Sequence record: ON470580
Length of the DNA: 38,458 nucleotides
Reading direction: 5' to 3' (one strand)
Origin: Escherichia phage vB_EcoM-606R7
Shown here in pieces: positions 8,705 to 18,259 of this stretch. The notes beneath the pieces are model-generated. The model made no database searches and was not told where the DNA came from. It saw only the letters and a list, made by a program, of their open reading frames with translations. The position numbers were made by a program, and so were the translations under genes. Within the stretch, counting starts at the first letter, position 1. Every line of letters starts with the position of its first letter.

Positions 8705-9910
8705 TTACGCTGCTGCAATCTTCAGCAGTTTGATGGCCTGCGAATCGACCAGCATCCCGCCGGTGCGCTTGGTGGTATAAAAACCGACAAACGGTTTATT
8801 GGTGTACGGGTCACGCAGAATGCGGGTGCCGATACGGTCAACGATGGTGTAACCCCGTTTGAAGTTACCAAATGCAATGGCTTTCGCATCAGCGGCGATA
8901 TCCGGCATCTGTTCGTTTTCAGCGATACCGTAACCCGCCAGAGAGGACGGCTGCCCCAGTTCCAGCCCCGGACGCCACAGATAGTTACCCTCGCTGTCTT
9001 TAAGCAGACGGATGGCAAACAGGCTGTTGTTGTTCATCATGAACTTCGCGCCAGTGCGGTGTGCCTTACGCAGCGTGTAAATCAGTTTGATAATGGCATC
9101 TGCGGTCACTGCCGTCGCTTCGCCGGATACAATATGCTGAAGTTTGCCGAACGCCCGGACCTTGTCGGTTTCATCAGTGGACTCATACGCCAGGAACCCT
9201 TTCGGCTTCTTGGTACCATCGCCGGTGGTAAAGGCAATTTCTTCCTGTTCGGCAAATTCGGTTGCCAGCTCGCTGTTGATCCAGGCCTCCACGTTGAAGA
9301 AAGCATCATCCAGCATTTTCTGGGTGGCCTGCGGGTTACCGTAGATTTCCCCCATGAAAGGTTCAATCAGTCCCAGTTTTGAGGTGGCAGTCTGGGAGCG
9401 CGCGTCAGTCTCGCCAACCCATCCGGAAGCCGTGCCGCCCAGATTCACCAGTTTTTTGTAGTCGGAACCGCCAACGGTGATCACCGTGGCTTCCTGGCGC
9501 ATCACCACTTCATCTTTCAGCAGATTGAGAATGTTGCGATCCAGTTCTTCCGGCACGGCATAGCCGCCGTCTTCATCGGTGCCCACCTGTAATGCCTTAC
9601 GCTCCAGATCGCGCAGACCATCTTCACGGCCTTTACGCAGGAAGCCCACAAACGCTTCTTTATGCTCGGTGGCCAGTTTATTTTGCGCACCACCTGCCGG
9701 ACGTTTCAGCTCAAGCAGCTCTTTTTCAAGATCGCTTTTGAGATTTTCCAGCTCGCTGAGTTTTCCGTTCAGGGTTTCCACCTGCCCGGCAAGTTTGCCT
9801 TTTTCCTGCTCAATCGCCTCAACGCGCTTGTCGTTCTTTGCTTTGAAGTCGTCAAACTTCTGCTGCAGCTCCTGCGCGACCTGTTCGACATCTTTAATAT
9901 CAACCGCCAT
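8705..9910 (-). CDS. Major capsid protein, HK97 fold
   Basis: 401-aa ORF with an N-terminal coiled-coil delta-like region followed by a capsid domain; follows the prohead protease. Confidence 0.85.
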   Translation of the reverse strand: MAVDIKDVEQVAQELQQKFDDFKAKNDKRVEAIEQEKGKLAGQVETLNGKLSELENLKSDLEKELLELKRPAGGAQNKLATEHKEAFVGFLRKGREDGLRDLERKALQVGTDEDGGYAVPEELDRNILNLLKDEVVMRQEATVITVGGSDYKKLVNLGGTASGWVGETDARSQTATSKLGLIEPFMGEIYGNPQATQKMLDDAFFNVEAWINSELATEFAEQEEIAFTTGDGTKKPKGFLAYESTDETDKVRAFGKLQHIVSGEATAVTADAIIKLIYTLRKAHRTGAKFMMNNNSLFAIRLLKDSEGNYLWRPGLELGQPSSLAGYGIAENEQMPDIAADAKAIAFGNFKRGYTIVDRIGTRILRDPYTNKPFVGFYTTKRTGGMLVDSQAIKLLKIAAA

Positions 9911-9924
9911 CGTATTTCTCCTGA

Positions 9925-10611
9925 TTAGAAGTTCAGATTTTTCAGTGCATTCAGTGCAGAGCCCACATCCTCAGCGTCGCGCAGGGACAGTGCGCCATAG
10001 CCCCCGGCCATGAATGCTTTGGCCTGGGTACGGGAGAGTCCGACATCACGCAGGACTCTTTCGATTTTTTTCTGTTCGGGGATTTCCCCGCGGGCCAGTG
10101 CGTTCTTGACGTCGCTGATCCGCGCCTCGTCGTTAGACGGGAACGTCACCAGGCTGACTTCCCAGAGGTCGATTTCTTTCAGCAGAAAGGCTTCTTTGCT
10201 CCGGTCGTATTCCCAGTCTTTCAGGACGTACCCAATAGAAAGGCCGGTTAACGAACCGGCCTTCATGTGTGCATGTGCGCGTTTTGCGAGGGGATCATCA
10301 TCAATAAGCAACCGTCCCCTGACGTAAAGCCCGACATCGTCTTCCTTCATTTCGGTGTAAACACCGATGGGTTCATCCATGCGGTGCTGCCAGAGCAGCG
10401 CAGGTAACGCTTTTCTGTCACTCCACGCCCGCAGGGAAGCAGCAAATGCCCCGGACATCACCACATCATCGTGGCTGTCCTTTACACCAAAGACGGAGCC
10501 ATACCCTTCAAACTCACCGGAGTCACTGACAGATTTCAGACTCAGCGGTACATCAAGACGTTGTTTCGTCTGCATTGGCGTTATCCTTCTGCTTACCGGC
10601 TTTACTGCCAT
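9925..10611 (-). CDS. Prohead protease (HK97 gp4 family)
   Basis: Contains the EFEGYGSVFGVKDSHDDVV motif and sits between portal and capsid. Start is uncertain; the ORF overlaps the portal 3' end. Confidence 0.8.
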   Translation of the reverse strand: MAVKPVSRRITPMQTKQRLDVPLSLKSVSDSGEFEGYGSVFGVKDSHDDVVMSGAFAASLRAWSDRKALPALLWQHRMDEPIGVYTEMKEDDVGLYVRGRLLIDDDPLAKRAHAHMKAGSLTGLSIGYVLKDWEYDRSKEAFLLKEIDLWEVSLVTFPSNDEARISDVKNALARGEIPEQKKIERVLRDVGLSRTQAKAFMAGGYGALSLRDAEDVGSALNALKNLNF

Positions 10612-11794
10612 CGGAGGGTTTCGTGGTCATGTTCATCGGGGTGAGATAGACATCACCACCGGGACGCGGATTCATATCTTCCAGGTCGCGGCAGTCATTA
10701 GGAGAGTAAATTCCCCAGTTGATCCCGGTGGCGTAGGCTTCAAAACGGGACTTCATATCCCCGCGCAGTAACGCCCCGGCGTTAAATTTGGCGTAATAAA
10801 CGCCCTGCTTACTTTTTCGTACCAGTCCGGTGTTGATCCGCTGCTCAATGCGGGTCAGATACGGCACCAGTGAATAGTTGATAAATCCCAGCCCCAGCTC
10901 TTCGATATTGTTGAAGGTGGCGCGATCGGTGTTCTGCACCATGTGCAACGGCACCCGAAACAGACGACAGATTTCTTCAAGCTGAAACTTGCGGGTTTCC
11001 AGGAACTGGCTGTCCTCGGCGTTCAGCGCCATCGACTTCCAGTCCAGCCCCATCTCAAGGATCATCGGGCGGTGAGCATTGCCAAGCCCGGTGTGACGCT
11101 CCTCAAAATCTTTCTTCAGGCGCTCGTAAGCCTGATCTGACAGCGTCTGCTCTGTACGCAACACACCGGACGTCACCGCACCATTGCTGAACAGTCTGGC
11201 CCCGTGCTCTTCGGTCGCTGCCGCCAGCGATATTGCCTCGCGGGCATAGGCGATGGGATTCAGCCCCACCAGTCCGTCCAGCGTCAGCGTGCGCACATGC
11301 CAGATATCCTCCTGGCTCAGTACATCCGTGGAGCCGTCCGGGAATGTGACCTGATAGACCGGCTCCCAGCTACTGTTAAGCTTCGGTACCACACAGCCAG
11401 GATCGACGGGCAGCAGTTCAGCCACTTCGCCAAATGCTTTCACTTTGTAGGCGTAAAAGTTTCCCCTCAGGCACAGACAGGTGACCACCAGCTCCCAGAA
11501 CTCCTGCGGCGTCATATATCCATTGGGATGCGTGGAGATCAGCTTATGCAGACGTTCGCCGGTGGCTCTCTGTTTCAGGCTGCCGTTCAGGTGATACAGA
11601 TTGCAGGGCAACATCCCGACCGACTCTGCCAGCACCCTGACGCAGGAAAAAACCGCCGTCAGTCGCATGGCCCGCTGGCTGCTGATCTGCTTTCCGGTAT
11701 AGGTGTCGTATGACAGCCCGATAGCATCCGCCAGCTCTGCTGGCGTGGTCACCGGCGCGTCACTTTTTCGTTGAAATAATCCCGAAAAGAACAC
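10553..11794 (-). CDS. Portal protein (HK97 family)
   Basis: 413-aa ORF between the terminase block and the protease; typical portal length. Confidence 0.85.
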   Translation of the reverse strand: MFFSGLFQRKSDAPVTTPAELADAIGLSYDTYTGKQISSQRAMRLTAVFSCVRVLAESVGMLPCNLYHLNGSLKQRATGERLHKLISTHPNGYMTPQEFWELVVTCLCLRGNFYAYKVKAFGEVAELLPVDPGCVVPKLNSSWEPVYQVTFPDGSTDVLSQEDIWHVRTLTLDGLVGLNPIAYAREAISLAAATEEHGARLFSNGAVTSGVLRTEQTLSDQAYERLKKDFEERHTGLGNAHRPMILEMGLDWKSMALNAEDSQFLETRKFQLEEICRLFRVPLHMVQNTDRATFNNIEELGLGFINYSLVPYLTRIEQRINTGLVRKSKQGVYYAKFNAGALLRGDMKSRFEAYATGINWGIYSPNDCRDLEDMNPRPGGDVYLTPMNMTTKPSDGSKAGKQKDNANADETTS

Positions 11795-11976
11795 TATTTA
11801 CCTCCGCCGACAGACGGCTGTGTACGGTCGAGATATCGCGCCACCAGCCACGACCAGAACAGGCACAGCGCCCCGGCAACAACAAAACCCGCCGGGGGAT
11901 AAATCAGCCAGGCACCATACGCCAGCAAAAGCGCACCCAGCACGCCCACCAGTGGCGCGAGAATTATCAGAAACAT
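11794..11976 (-). CDS. Small two-helix membrane protein inserted between terminase large subunit and portal
   Basis: 60-aa ORF with two hydrophobic helices ([26 protein letters not shown]... [21 protein letters not shown]). RBS GAGGT precedes the ATG at 11974-11976; the stop overlaps the portal ATG. Confidence 0.6.
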   Translation of the reverse strand: MFLIILAPLVGVLGALLLAYGAWLIYPPAGFVVAGALCLFWSWLVARYLDRTQPSVGGGK

Positions 11977-11987
11977 AATGACCTCGG

Positions 11988-13745
11988 TTAAAGCGAGCGG
12001 ATGCCCACGCTGACCAGATGTTCAGACAGATCCGGCTCCGGTTCACCACCATTGACCAGCATCCGGCTCATTGCTGTAAACATCGCAACAGGGCCGTCGA
12101 TTTTGGCTTCCAGCGTGGATTTATTCGGGAAGATATTGTCGTTTTTGTCCGGTTTTACCGTAACGTTAGACATCATCCAGTTCATGACCGGATGATTGCT
12201 GTGATGGAAACGTCCGGCATAGACCAGTGATTCCGTTTCCTTCATGGCCTCTGACAGATTGCGAACCGTCTGCGGAACCTCCACCAGCGGTATCCCTTCT
12301 TCAGCCAGTGCTAGGCTGAACTGCATCGCGCTCCACGGGTCAAATCCCAGTTCCCTGAGGTTTTCACCACCAATCCATTCCAGTAAGTCACTTTTTATCT
12401 GAGCATGATCGATAACATCACCATCCGTCAGAATCAGCTTATCCATCTCCGCCCACTTCCGGTAAAGTTCTGCCTGCTGCCGCGAGCATCGTTCCAGCCG
12501 TCCTTCCGGGAGCCAGAATTTAAAATCGGCATGAACATGCCCGTTATCCGTTCGCCAGAGTTTTGCCGCCGCACAGATATCAATCTTATGAGCAAGGTCA
12601 ACGCCGACCCACATGGGATACGTTTTCAGCTCATGTCGCGGGGCAATGTATTCGCACTTCTCCCACTTAATCATGTCCATCCAGGCAGACTCTGCTGTTA
12701 CCCACACATTCATGTGTTTGGTAAAAAAATTCACCCGCGCAGAGACCTGTTCTTTCGCTTTTTTCGCCAGACGACGCAGATCATCCCAGCGTTTACAGAT
12801 GCCCAGGCCAGGATTCGCTTTCTGCCAGACCGTTTCATCAAACGGATCATCTCCCTCATCGAGGGTGTAAATAATCGCAAAGTAGGAGTCGTCTTTTACA
12901 GCGCCCTCCACGTCGCTGTTATAGCCACGCAATACCTTGATGGCATAATCACGCTGCTCGTAACAAATCCCTTCCTTGTTAAACCCTGCCGTGGTGATAC
13001 CAAATAAAAGGGACTGCAGACGGGCACCGGTTGCCGTTTCCAGAACGTCCCACACGTCACGGGTTTTATGTGCATGCAGCTCATCAATAATGGCGCAGTG
13101 GATGTTCAGACCATCCAGGTTGTTTGCATCCGAAGAAAGCGGTTCAAATTTTGATGCGCTCTGCTCCTGGTAAATCGCCAGCTTGTTGAAATCAAACAAC
13201 CGCCCGAGTGTCGACCGGGCTTTTCTGACCATATTTTTGGCGTCTTCAAACACGATTCTGGCCTGGTCACGCGTGGTTGCGGCTGAATACACCTCAGCAC
13301 CGCCTTCACCATCTGCCCCCGTCATATACAGACCGATACCCGATGACAGGGTTGATTTTGCGTTTTTACGGGCAACTTCGTTGTATGCTGTCCGGAACCG
13401 GCGCACCATCACCGGGCGCCCGCTGCCATCGCTGCGCATGACAACTTCCCCGGTCTCTTCATTGACCAGCGGAATGACAAAACCAAAAATATTAATGAGG
13501 ATAAATACATGCCAGTCCATCAACTCAATAGGCTGGCCTGCCAGCGCCCCTTTTACATGAGGCACAAATTTGTAGAAATTCAGGATGTGCTGCGCACGTG
13601 GTTCACTGAAATAAATCCCCCGCTCTTCGCCGTACTTTAGATCATCAAGAAAACGCTGGCAGGCCAGGCGGACAAATTCGCCAGCAACAATTTCTCCTGC
13701 AACAACACGTTCGGCGTAGCGGATCCCGTCAGCCACTTTTGCCAT
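11988..13745 (-). CDS. Terminase large subunit
   Basis: 585-aa ORF with a Walker-B-like IIDELH segment and nuclease C-terminal half; follows the small subunit. Confidence 0.9.
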   Translation of the reverse strand: MAKVADGIRYAERVVAGEIVAGEFVRLACQRFLDDLKYGEERGIYFSEPRAQHILNFYKFVPHVKGALAGQPIELMDWHVFILINIFGFVIPLVNEETGEVVMRSDGSGRPVMVRRFRTAYNEVARKNAKSTLSSGIGLYMTGADGEGGAEVYSAATTRDQARIVFEDAKNMVRKARSTLGRLFDFNKLAIYQEQSASKFEPLSSDANNLDGLNIHCAIIDELHAHKTRDVWDVLETATGARLQSLLFGITTAGFNKEGICYEQRDYAIKVLRGYNSDVEGAVKDDSYFAIIYTLDEGDDPFDETVWQKANPGLGICKRWDDLRRLAKKAKEQVSARVNFFTKHMNVWVTAESAWMDMIKWEKCEYIAPRHELKTYPMWVGVDLAHKIDICAAAKLWRTDNGHVHADFKFWLPEGRLERCSRQQAELYRKWAEMDKLILTDGDVIDHAQIKSDLLEWIGGENLRELGFDPWSAMQFSLALAEEGIPLVEVPQTVRNLSEAMKETESLVYAGRFHHSNHPVMNWMMSNVTVKPDKNDNIFPNKSTLEAKIDGPVAMFTAMSRMLVNGGEPEPDLSEHLVSVGIRSL

Positions 13746-14227
13746 CAGTCTCTCGCTTTTAAAAGCTCCGCCAGCGGATCAACATCATCCGGTCCGGCAA
13801 TATTTACTTTAGCCCGGCTTGCCGGTGACATACCAAACTCTGCAAGCATTGCCCGGATCCGCTTCCAGGCATCCGCTTTCATTGCCGCCGCGGGGTGCGC
13901 CTTAATCAGTACATCACCGCTCTGCGTTTCCGTGCGGTAGGTATACCCCTCAACATCGAGTGTTTCGCAGTGATGCCGATATTCGGTATAGGCTTCCACC
14001 AGCAACTCGAGTGCACGCGCATCAAGCTGAGAAATGATCCCTTCCGCATTCAGCTCTTCCGCCATTCGCCTGAACCAGTACTTCCCCTGTGCCCCTAAAT
14101 GCTGCGGAATTTTAGGGAGACCTTTTTCATCCTTTTTAGCGGTTTTTTTTGAGTCTTTAACGGGGCGCTTTGAGGGGTTGCCTCGTATCAAATGCAGGCG
14201 TGGCGGGGTTTTCGGAGGTCCTGACAT
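13745..14227 (-). CDS. Terminase small subunit (P27 family)
   Basis: 160-aa ORF with a basic N-terminus, immediately upstream of and overlapping the large subunit. Confidence 0.7.
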   Translation of the reverse strand: MSGPPKTPPRLHLIRGNPSKRPVKDSKKTAKKDEKGLPKIPQHLGAQGKYWFRRMAEELNAEGIISQLDARALELLVEAYTEYRHHCETLDVEGYTYRTETQSGDVLIKAHPAAAMKADAWKRIRAMLAEFGMSPASRAKVNIAGPDDVDPLAELLKARD

Positions 14228-14374
14228 AATCGGTCTTACCTATCAATCGTTTGTTCACATTTCCAAAAAAAGTTTTCGAACCTGCGGCGATGTGAGGAAG
14301 GGTCAGGCGGCGGTACTGAGCAGCCAGGGTTGCAGAGATTTGACCCGCCCCTCCCCTACAGATGGGAACTGTTA

Positions 14375-14725
14375 TCAATTGATGCGTTCGCGCGCTGTTT
14401 TTGCTTTATGACAGGGCCAGCACAGACTCTGCAGGTTACTGTCTGCATCCGTGCCACCATGAGCTTTCGGAATGATGTGGTCCACAGTTCTGGCTTCAAC
14501 GGCTCTCCCATTGCGCAGGCAGTTCTGACACAGATGATTATCACGCTTCAGTATGCGCGCACGTATGGCATCCCATTTCGAGCCATAGCCACGCTGGTGG
14601 CGGCTCAGTCCGCGTTGATGCTGTACCCATCCTTCGCCACGATGTTTATCGCAGTAACCAGAACTGTCTGTGGTTGTACCTGCACATCCACGCTTACGGC
14701 AGGCGCGTGGGATTCGTGATGGCAT
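14375..14725 (-). CDS. HNH endonuclease (packaging-associated)
   Basis: Cysteine pairs CRKRGC and CQNC with the HNH core DHIIPKAHGGTDADSNLQSLCWPCH; sits upstream of the terminase genes as in HK97-like cos phages. Confidence 0.85.
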   Translation of the reverse strand: MPSRIPRACRKRGCAGTTTDSSGYCDKHRGEGWVQHQRGLSRHQRGYGSKWDAIRARILKRDNHLCQNCLRNGRAVEARTVDHIIPKAHGGTDADSNLQSLCWPCHKAKTARERIN

Positions 14726-14767
14726 AAATACCTCATACCCTGCGAAATGTTTACCACGATAAAAAGG

Positions 14768-15247
14768 CTACTTAATGCACTGAGTGCGGATATACTCCTG
14801 TGCCCCTTCCAGTTGCATCTGCATCGTCATCAGCCGCTCTCTGAGGGTGAAATAATCCCGTTCAGCGGTGTCTGCCAGTCGGGGACTGGTTGCATTATCC
14901 ACGCCGGAGGCGGTGGTGGCTTCACGCACTGACTGACAGACTGCTTTGATGTGCAACCGACGACGACCAGCGGCAACATCAGCGCGCAGAGTTTCATTTT
15001 CAGCTTTCGCATTGGCTAATTCTCTCGAGTACTTTGCATCGAGCGCAGCAACATCACGCTGACGCTGCTGCATGTCAGCGATGGTGGCGGTCACCTGCTT
15101 CAGCTCACTGACTTTTTTATCACGCTGTTCTTTGTAGGTGATGGCGTTATCACGGTAATGATTGACCGCCCACGACAGGCAGACGATGATGCAGATAACC
15201 AGAGCATAAATAATCGCGGCGACTCTGCTCACTGATCTATTCCCCAA
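14768..15247 (-). CDS. Rz: Spanin inner-membrane subunit Rz
   Basis: Near-identical to recalled lambda Rz ([25 protein letters not shown]...[28 protein letters not shown]). Confidence 0.85.
   Translation of the reverse strand: MGNRSVSRVAAIIYALVICIIVCLSWAVNHYRDNAITYKEQRDKKVSELKQVTATIADMQQRQRDVAALDAKYSRELANAKAENETLRADVAAGRRRLHIKAVCQSVREATTASGVDNATSPRLADTAERDYFTLRERLMTMQMQLEGAQEYIRTQCIK
14830..15012 (-). CDS. Rz1: Spanin outer-membrane lipoprotein Rz1, embedded in Rz in the +1 frame
   Basis: 60-aa ORF with lipobox VVGC and a proline run ([30 protein letters not shown]), matching recalled lambda Rz1. Confidence 0.85.
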   Translation of the reverse strand: MRKLKMKLCALMLPLVVVGCTSKQSVSQCVKPPPPPAWIMQPVPDWQTPLNGIISPSESG

Positions 15248-15762
15248 CAGGCTAATGCGCTTTCCTGGTCACGACGAATAACCTGTCCATAGCAGTTATT
15301 TGAACGTATGCGGCAATCGCGCCCACCATCTTTTATCCACCAGCGAATCGCCTCGCATGCGCCCTTACGATCACCGGCATTCAGCCGCTTATAAAACGTC
15401 GACGGAAAACACTTACCGGGGCCAATGTTATAGGGACAAAATGACGCGATACCCGCTTTTTGTGGTTCGGTCAGTGGTACTTTAATATTGCGCTCCACCC
15501 ATGCCAGCGCCTTATCACGCTCAATGGCGTTGACCTGGTCGCATTTTTCCTTCGACAGTTTCATACCGGGAAAAACGGGTTTTCCATCCACCATCGTGGC
15601 ACCCCGACAGATGGTCCAGATGCCGGAACCATCACGGTATGCCGTTGTGTGGTTACCTTCTTTTTCATCCAGAAACTGGTCGAGAATATCAGGCGCGGGC
15701 GCACCGACGGCAATCAGTGCCAGAACGGCAGCCGACAGGCCGTATCTGATTTTTGCGTTCAT
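15229..15762 (-). CDS. SAR endolysin (T4-type lysozyme, phage 21 R-like)
   Basis: N-terminal weakly hydrophobic signal-arrest-release segment ([16 protein letters not shown]) followed by the E-x8-D-x5-T catalytic spacing ([16 protein letters not shown]). Confidence 0.85.
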   Translation of the reverse strand: MNAKIRYGLSAAVLALIAVGAPAPDILDQFLDEKEGNHTTAYRDGSGIWTICRGATMVDGKPVFPGMKLSKEKCDQVNAIERDKALAWVERNIKVPLTEPQKAGIASFCPYNIGPGKCFPSTFYKRLNAGDRKGACEAIRWWIKDGGRDCRIRSNNCYGQVIRRDQESALACWGIDQ

Positions 15763-15825
15763 GGATATTTATCAGGATTTATCGGTTTCTGCCCACGGAC
15801 AGGTTTATCTGTTCCGGTCAGTGAC

Positions 15826-16176
15826 TTAAGGTTGTGATTCCGGAGGAGTCTTCAGAGAACCAGTAATTCTTCCTGGTAGCTTTCCTTTGTAGGTTATCCA
15901 TACATTCTGCGCCTCTAAAATTACGGGGCGCTTTTCCGGCGACTGCTCATCCCCTTCACATAACCCGGCAGCGACATCCAGGAAGACCTGTCTGATGCTC
16001 CTTCTGGCCGCTGCCTCATAAAACTCCAGCGCAGCACCTTCAACACGGTCCAGCGAGATGTCCAGGTCAAAAATTTCACCGTCAAAGCGTTCTTTGTCCT
16101 GTAATGCTAAAGTTACCGTAACTTTATTCTCAAAATTGCGGATCCCTTTCACAATCAGTTCATAGTTTTGAGTCAT
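15826..16176 (-). CDS. Hypothetical protein inside the lysis cassette (YdfR-like)
   Basis: 116-aa ORF between holin and endolysin; resembles the Qin ydfR product in position and, from memory, in sequence. Confidence 0.5.
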   Translation of the reverse strand: MTQNYELIVKGIRNFENKVTVTLALQDKERFDGEIFDLDISLDRVEGAALEFYEAAARRSIRQVFLDVAAGLCEGDEQSPEKRPVILEAQNVWITYKGKLPGRITGSLKTPPESQP

Positions 16177-16180
16177 TGAA

Positions 16181-16396
16181 TTACTCTCCCCGTGCAGCCT
16201 TACGCTTGTCTTCTCTGATTTTGAAGTACAGATTTGTCAGATAAGTCAGGAAGCCCAGAACCAGACTCCCCAGTACACCAATCGCAGCCCACTGTGAAGG
16301 ACTGACCTGATCAAGCCACTGTAAAAACCAGTAGCCAGCACTGCCTGCGGAGGTGCCGTAGGCAATGCCCGTTGAAATTTTGTCCATGGATTTCAT
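16181..16396 (-). CDS. Pinholin, phage 21 S-type, with dual-start motif
   Basis: 71-aa ORF starting [29 protein letters not shown], matching recalled S21; Met1 and Met4 give the antiholin and holin forms. Confidence 0.85.
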   Translation of the reverse strand: MKSMDKISTGIAYGTSAGSAGYWFLQWLDQVSPSQWAAIGVLGSLVLGFLTYLTNLYFKIREDKRKAARGE

Positions 16397-16456
16397 AGCC
16401 TCACCTCCGCAAATAACGGATGGCGTAGTTTTACACTGAGAAATGAAAGGGATTTG

Positions 16457-16482
16457 AAAAGAAAAACCCGCAAAAGCGGGCG
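16457..16482 (-). terminator. Terminator-like hairpin upstream of the holin gene
   Basis: Minus-strand RNA reads CGCCCGC-UUUU-GCGGG followed by UUUUU. Confidence 0.45.
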
Positions 16483-16688
16483 AAACGATATATACAGAAA
16501 GGAAAGCACTCTATCCAACAAACCAACCACAGTTAATTGGAATAAAAGCAGAGTGCTTATGAATGATCGCCTGCCCGAAGGTTAGTATTTCTGCACAGCA
16601 ATTTTGCAAAAAAAGGCGATCATTCATAACTTAAACGTCTTTCAGTCACTCCGGGATTTCCCATCATCGCAGACTGAAAGACTCTAAC

Positions 16689-16763
<75 letters not shown>

Positions 16764-16766
16764 ATA

Positions 16767-16842
<76 letters not shown>

Positions 16843-16844
16843 AC

Positions 16845-16921
16845 TGGACCGCCACCGGGGACTCGAACCTCGCACACTCAACTTAAAGGGTTGACGCTCT
16901 TTCCTGATGAGCTAGTGGCGG
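16845..16921 (-). tRNA. tRNA gene with an atypical anticodon loop (CCUUUAA; best guess anticodon UUU, Lys)
   Basis: Sits in the array with 2-nt spacers. Acceptor CCGCCAC/GTGGCGG (C1-G72), TAGCTCA D-arm start, T-loop TTCGAGT, CCA encoded; C at position 33 and one T-stem mismatch. Confidence 0.5.
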
Positions 16922-16922
16922 T

Positions 16923-16998
16923 TGGTGGCCCTTGCTGGATTTGAACCAGCGACCTGGCGATTATGAGTCGCTCGCTCTCACCACTGAGCTAAAGGGCC
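16923..16998 (-). tRNA. tRNA-Ile2-like (gene anticodon CAT; ileX/ileZ type, alternatively elongator Met)
   Basis: GGCCCTTTAGCTCAGTGGT...CGACTCATAATCGCC...GGTTCAAATCCAGCAAGGGCCACCA resembles recalled E. coli ileX. Confidence 0.75.
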
Positions 16999-17116
16999 GG
17001 GCGCAGGATAATAATGTTACGAAATCAATGTTGCAAGCATTCAAAAATCACCTGGTTAAAAATCACCCTTATCTCCTCCACCAGCGCATTCACCATGCCT
17101 ATCCGAGATAAGTGGC

Positions 17117-17155
17117 ACAAAAAACCCGCTTGTGGGCGGGTTTTGTTTGCTTTTG
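17117..17155 (-). terminator. Bidirectional intrinsic terminator between Q and the tRNA array (tR'-like)
   Basis: Hairpin CCCGC-TTGTGG-GCGGG (17125-17140) flanked by A6 on one side and a T-rich tract on the other. Confidence 0.6.
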
Positions 17156-17195
17156 CCATCACGTACAAAATCGGCAAAATATCAGATTTGCATGA

Positions 17196-17224
17196 AATAT
17201 ATGCCTTTCAATCTACTTTTGCAA
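17196..17224 (-). promoter_or_regulatory. Candidate late promoter (pR'-like): -35 TTGCAA, 17-bp spacer, -10 TATATT
   Basis: Hexamers read directly on the minus strand at the 3' end of Q, about 40 nt upstream of the terminator. Confidence 0.5.
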
Positions 17225-17903
17225 CACTTTGCTTTGAAAATGCCGCCTTTTGTTTTGAACGTGTTCTCATTACAAACAATAAAGCCTCACTATCAAGTCG
17301 GTGAAAAATGTGTTTCATTGCAACCCAGTGACGAGTAAATGTTTTGGACCAGTTTTTAGTTGTCACTCCCGCCAGTAATGCCAGCTCCTGGTATTCATAA
17401 CCTTCCCCACCAAAAAGTTCTGCTTTTACTGCCTGCGCCGCCAGCCAGATTAATTTTTTCAGGCGTTCCTGCGTTTTCCCTGCAATTTTTCTGGTACCGG
17501 ATTGAGTATTAAATTCATTCCACGCCCACTGTGTTATCGCGATCTGATATTCCCAACAAATACTCCCGCTGTAACACCACAACAACCAGGCTTTATGATG
17601 TTCTTCAAGAGACAGAACAGCCCGCCGCCACGATGATGTCGAAAACTCAACCGGACTGACCAGAGGAATTGACGTCCCCTTCGCCAGCGATTGCTTTCCC
17701 GGGATTGGTGGATTATCCCGCGTTATCATTTTTCCAGTCACTTCATCGCGGTACCGGATTTTTTTTCGCCTGTAACGCCCTGTATCGAACATGGCATTCT
17801 CTTGCCAGGCTTCAAGCTGACCTTTTGTTGCCCCACTCAAATCAGCGGTGGCGATAATGAGCTGCTCACGCACAAACTGTAAATACTGGTTATTCATGCG
17901 CAC
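17208..17903 (-). CDS. Putative late-gene antiterminator Q
   Basis: 231-aa ORF directly upstream of the late promoter, terminator, tRNA and lysis block, and downstream of rusA; family assignment is mainly positional. Confidence 0.5.
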   Translation of the reverse strand: MRMNNQYLQFVREQLIIATADLSGATKGQLEAWQENAMFDTGRYRRKKIRYRDEVTGKMITRDNPPIPGKQSLAKGTSIPLVSPVEFSTSSWRRAVLSLEEHHKAWLLWCYSGSICWEYQIAITQWAWNEFNTQSGTRKIAGKTQERLKKLIWLAAQAVKAELFGGEGYEYQELALLAGVTTKNWSKTFTRHWVAMKHIFHRLDSEALLFVMRTRSKQKAAFSKQSVAKVD

Positions 17904-18259
17904 TCCAGTTCTGTGATTTTTATCCCCAGCCGCCCACCAGGAACGAGCTGACCGCGCACAATATTGATTTCATCAAACTGCTCGTCGTCTATAAGTAGTC
18001 CGGCATGCGTCAGCGCATCCAGTGGTGCCTTCAGGATATTGTCCAGGTCGCGGCGGCGCTTATCCGGTGGCTCTGCAATAATCTTTATCGCCAGCCTTCC
18101 GGACAGGCTTAATTTCAGCCGCTGCTGGCGAACAATTAGCGCCACATCACGGCGATAACGCTTTCCGGCTTCCGAGATGAAATACGTATTGCCATGACGT
18201 CGCCAGTAGGTATTCACCGTCGGCGGGTAAGGCAAAACAAATTCTATGCGTTCAGTCAT
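17894..18259 (-). CDS. rusA: Holliday junction resolvase RusA
   Basis: 121-aa ORF with PPTVNTYWR and KRRRDLDNILKAPLDALTHAG motifs matching recalled RusA (PPSNNRYY, DRRRRDLDNLQKAAFDAL). Confidence 0.85.
   Translation of the reverse strand: MTERIEFVLPYPPTVNTYWRRHGNTYFISEAGKRYRRDVALIVRQQRLKLSLSGRLAIKIIAEPPDKRRRDLDNILKAPLDALTHAGLLIDDEQFDEINIVRGQLVPGGRLGIKITELECA

Noticed and set aside
9059-10013. Plus-strand ORFs of 107 and 144 aa overlapping the capsid gene, the longer one Ser-rich
   Set aside because: Antisense to the major capsid gene; the low-complexity Ser/Arg/Pro composition is typical of the reverse frame of an acidic coiled-coil region.
11204-13560. Several 125-200-aa plus-strand ORFs inside the portal and terminase genes
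   Set aside because: All are antisense to well-supported structural genes, lack RBS context and have biased composition.
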